64,000 bases of DNA from Octopus bimaculoides (lineage: Eukaryota). Shown in pieces: positions 63,773 through 64,000 of this stretch. A program made the position numbers and the translations under genes. The stretch's first letter is position 1, and every line of letters starts with the position of its first letter. Location: the NCBI RefSeq assembly GCF_001194135.2, contig NC_068987.1, positions 96,651,082 to 96,715,081 on the forward strand, in the 5' to 3' direction. The notes beneath the pieces are model-generated. The model was not told where the DNA came from and did not search any database. It saw only the letters and a program-made list of their open reading frames with translations.

Positions 63773-63995
63773 TGTAAATATATAAAAACAAAAAGATAAA
63801 GAGAGCAAAGGTAAGGTTGAAGAATTTTATGGATAGAGTCATCCGCCTATGGATATAATAATAGATTACTTTATTTTTTCTGTCTCCGATGAAGGGAAGT
63901 ACTGTATCTTCCCAGAAACAGCTGTAAGACTATATCCATAAAATTCTTCAACCTTACCTTTGCTCTCTTTATCTTTTTGTTTTTATATATTTACA
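63773..63995. repeat. 68-bp inverted repeat (67/68 paired) with an 87-nt spacer
   Basis: 63773-63840 is the reverse complement of 63928-63995 except one position. Confidence 0.97.
63882..63930 (+). ncRNA. Minimal type I hammerhead-like ribozyme with palindromic stem III
   Basis: GTCT/AGAC stem I, CCGATGA at 63886-63892, GGGAAG/CTTCCC stem II, GAAA at 63915-63918, palindrome ACAGCTGT at 63918-63925, GTA triplet. Confidence 0.7.
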
Positions 63996-64000
63996 CACAC

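Overview
AT-rich, microsatellite-dense animal genomic DNA from a gapped draft assembly (8 N-runs). The SINE families, (TA)n/(CA)n/(AAT)n/(GAT)n tracts and intron-scale spacing look like a coleoid cephalopod, probably Octopus; this is inferred from repeat recognition only. One gene is confidently recognisable: RRP8 (nucleomethylin, rRNA m1A methyltransferase), an uninterrupted 340-aa ORF on the minus strand at 16214-17236. A second, unidentified minus-strand gene starts at 6429 under a compact YY1/CRE/E2F promoter. A likely bidirectional promoter lies near 45400-45950. The rest is intronic or intergenic and full of decayed mobile DNA: RTE LINEs (three with a PHD-type finger inside the RT C-terminal region), BovB-like RTE, RLE-type (R4/Dong/NeSL-like) LINEs, CR1/L2-like tails, maT (DD37D) and mariner remnants, hAT and mariner MITEs, a Helitron helicase remnant and two tRNA-head SINE families. 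The most unusual signal is a set of hammerhead-ribozyme-like motifs with non-canonical cores. One is embedded in a 68-bp near-perfect inverted repeat (63773-63995). Another is a GC-rich 207-bp unit with two hammerhead cores, repeated across a gap (56505-56999). Repeat boundaries are read by eye and approximate unless motif positions are given. No database searches or folding programs were run.
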